A stretch of DNA of 31,538 nt, from contig JAQGDQ010002447.1 in the NCBI GenBank assembly GCA_030141605.1, positions 1 through 31,538 of the forward strand, given 5' to 3'. The number at the start of each line of letters is the position of its first letter. Position 1 is the stretch's first letter. Shown one piece after another: positions 29,607 through 31,538 of this stretch. Source of the stretch: Tubiluchus corallicola. Lineage: Eukaryota; Animalia; Priapulida. Made by a program: the position numbers and the translations under genes. Under the pieces are notes generated by a model, which was given only the letters and a program-made list of their open reading frames with translations, did not search any database and was not told the DNA's origin.

Positions 29607-30460
29607 ATGAAAAAAAAACTTGTGAAACCTATAAAGAACGTGTTTGACTTGACATCTACCCTGATCAAAGCGTTGAAACATCGTATACTGATATACCGCC
29701 CAAAACTAAAGATAAGGATCGACACAAAGCGCTATCTTCTCAAAACTGCTGAAAACAATGCAGAGCTACAGAAAGCTCTCAAGCTGCGATATGAGGTTTT
29801 CTATACAGAATCGCTCAATACCAAGAAGATGTTGAAGATGGATTTTGATCGTTTTGACATGAACTATGATCACATCATAATAATGGATAAAAAAGATGGC
29901 AATAAAGTAATAGGCACTTACCGCTTAATTAGCAGTAGCAACGCAAAACATTTTTATTCAGGCACGGAGTTCAAGATTAAAAAGATCAAATCTCTGCCAA
30001 ATATAAAGGTGGAGTTGGGGCGTGCCTGTGTTGACAAAAATCATCGTAAAGGTGTTGTATTGGGTCTTTTGTGGAAGGGTTTTTATAAATATGCTGTAGA
30101 TAGCGGAGCCAGATATCTTTTTGGCCTATCCATAAAGAGTGATGATTTCCTCCAAGCTGCTGCCATACACAAGTATTTTGAGGCCGAAGGGAAGATGAAG
30201 CATATACCAGGTCTTACTCTCTAAAAAAGTTTCGCATCAAAGATTTTGACAAATACCTTGAGACTGTGGAGAGCTCTGGAGCCTTTAATGCCGCGGATAT
30301 TGATAAGTTGCTCCCTCCTCTTCTCAAACATTATATAAAATATGGTGCAAAAATATGTGGGGAACCGGCATATGATGCTGCATTTAGGTGCCTCGATTTC
30401 TTTACACTGATAGATTTGGACGAATTATCGGATTTGGCTAAGGACAGATTTGAGACATGA
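29607..30460 (+). CDS. GNAT N-acyltransferase, OlsB-like (ornithine/amino-acid lipid synthesis), frameshift near 30215
   Basis: LRYEVF, DRFD...DH, GTYRL, ELGRACV, LLWKG, and in the second ORF PPLLKHYIKYGAKICGEPAYD. Confidence 0.82.
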
Positions 30461-31242
30461 TTCGTATATTTAGGATAACTTACAGATTTGTGCTATTCAT
30501 CAGCTTGTTAGTTCTTTTTATCGTAGGTTCTCTGTTTTTCATAGGCGTATTTGAAAGGGATAGGGTGGTATCCAGGAGTAAAAGAGCTTCCCTTATAGGA
30601 AAGCTTCTCTCCATTTACATGAAGGTTGCAGGGGTAAGGATTAGCTTGGATTTACCGCCCGGTGACGTTTGGAATATTGGTGGTATTTTGGTTGCCAATC
30701 ATACCACGTATATCGATGTGATGCTTCTGTTGCAGGTGTGCACTGGAACATTCGTCACATCTGTTGAAGTTCGAGATACTCCGGTGCTCGGTTTTTTCTG
30801 CAAGCTGTGCGATCTATTCTTTGTTGAAAGGCGCAATGTCAGTAGTGTTTGTGCAGAGTCCCTTGAGATGTCCGAGTATTTGAAAGGTGGTGGAACCATA
30901 ATTCTTTTTCCAGAAGGAACCAGCTCTGATGGCAGAGGAGTGCTTCCGTTCAAGGGAACATTTTTACAGCCCGCTTATATTGCAGATGTTGCTGTTACGC
31001 CTGTCTGCATTAAATACCTTAAGGTCGATGGGAAGAATATTGATGATGATATGAGAGATAAAGTTTTTTACTATGGAGATATTACATTTATCACAAGTTT
31101 TATAAATTTTCTCAGTTTTAAATCGATAGATGTAAAAATTTCAGTCCTTGAAACGGTGCATCCAAAATCTTTTGAGAATAGAAAAGCTCTGAGCCAGCAT
31201 CTACACGGAATTATTGAGGCCGAATATCATCGCATCGCCTAA
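30457..31242 (+). CDS. Lysophospholipid acyltransferase (PlsC/OlsA-like)
   Basis: N-terminal transmembrane segment, NHTTYID (HX4D), FVER, FPEGTSS, LPFK; ATGA overlap with the upstream GNAT. Confidence 0.88.
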   Translation: MIRIFRITYRFVLFISLLVLFIVGSLFFIGVFERDRVVSRSKRASLIGKLLSIYMKVAGVRISLDLPPGDVWNIGGILVANHTTYIDVMLLLQVCTGTFVTSVEVRDTPVLGFFCKLCDLFFVERRNVSSVCAESLEMSEYLKGGGTIILFPEGTSSDGRGVLPFKGTFLQPAYIADVAVTPVCIKYLKVDGKNIDDDMRDKVFYYGDITFITSFINFLSFKSIDVKISVLETVHPKSFENRKALSQHLHGIIEAEYHRIA

Positions 31243-31320
31243 ATGTTTCTCTTCATAAATTCATATAAATATATTTTTTACGCCAGTTATTAAATTTTAG
31301 CTGTTTCTTTTTTCTTTTTA

Positions 31321-31329
31321 TGGTATAAT
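31321..31329 (+). promoter_or_regulatory. Extended -10 promoter element
   Basis: TGGTATAAT (TGn + TATAAT) in an AT-rich intergenic region. Confidence 0.4.
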
Positions 31330-31538
31330 ATACCCACGTTGCAAAGGTGTAGCGTTTTTGGCTGGTACATCAATTGTTCAATTGCTGTGTGGCCGGTTCT
31401 AAATATTTTTCTTTTTCAATTAAATACATTATCGATTTTTTTAGTTTTACATTTTTTTTCTTAAAAATTATTTTGTATTTTTAAATCATTCTAAAATACC
31501 AGTAGTGCGGCATTATAGCGCAATTGCCGCTATCTTTC

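Noticed and set aside
31243-31500. AT-rich region as a replication origin
   Set aside because: I saw no DnaA-box cluster (TTATCCACA-like); it is better explained as promoter or intergenic DNA.

Overview
A 31.5 kb chromosomal window from a Gram-negative bacterium. The gene content (futalosine-pathway mqnC, lpxI, DUF342/FapA, short hisG) is compatible with Deferribacterota or a similar deep-branching lineage, which is an inference. Left: a + strand housekeeping run of hisG(partial)-bamA-skp-lpxD-fabZ-lpxA-Gfo/Idh/MocA(GnnA-like)-lpxI-pilD-tyrS-DUF1015. Middle: four ORFs (10943-16104) that reconstruct into one ~1,720-aa surface lipoprotein with Cys-paired PKD-like repeats, a choice-of-anchor-D/ASH-like Ig domain and beta-propeller repeats, interrupted by one in-frame TAG at the stalk/head boundary and two +1 shifts. 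It is followed by gnd-zwf-pgl, a convergent GT4 glycosyltransferase, and tRNA-Gly/tRNA-Cys. Right: mqnC (apparently leaderless), a GAF histidine kinase-fapA-uvrA-amidase run and an olsB/olsA-like acyltransferase pair. Essential genes (bamA, tyrS) carry frameshifts, so the sequence probably contains long-read indel errors, and every disruption must be read with that caveat. I saw no CRISPR array, transposase, integrase or recognisable defence system. The best novelty candidates are the giant lipoprotein, an LpxA with about 43 extra beta-helix residues beside a GnnA-like gene, and a Zwf lacking its invariant lysine.
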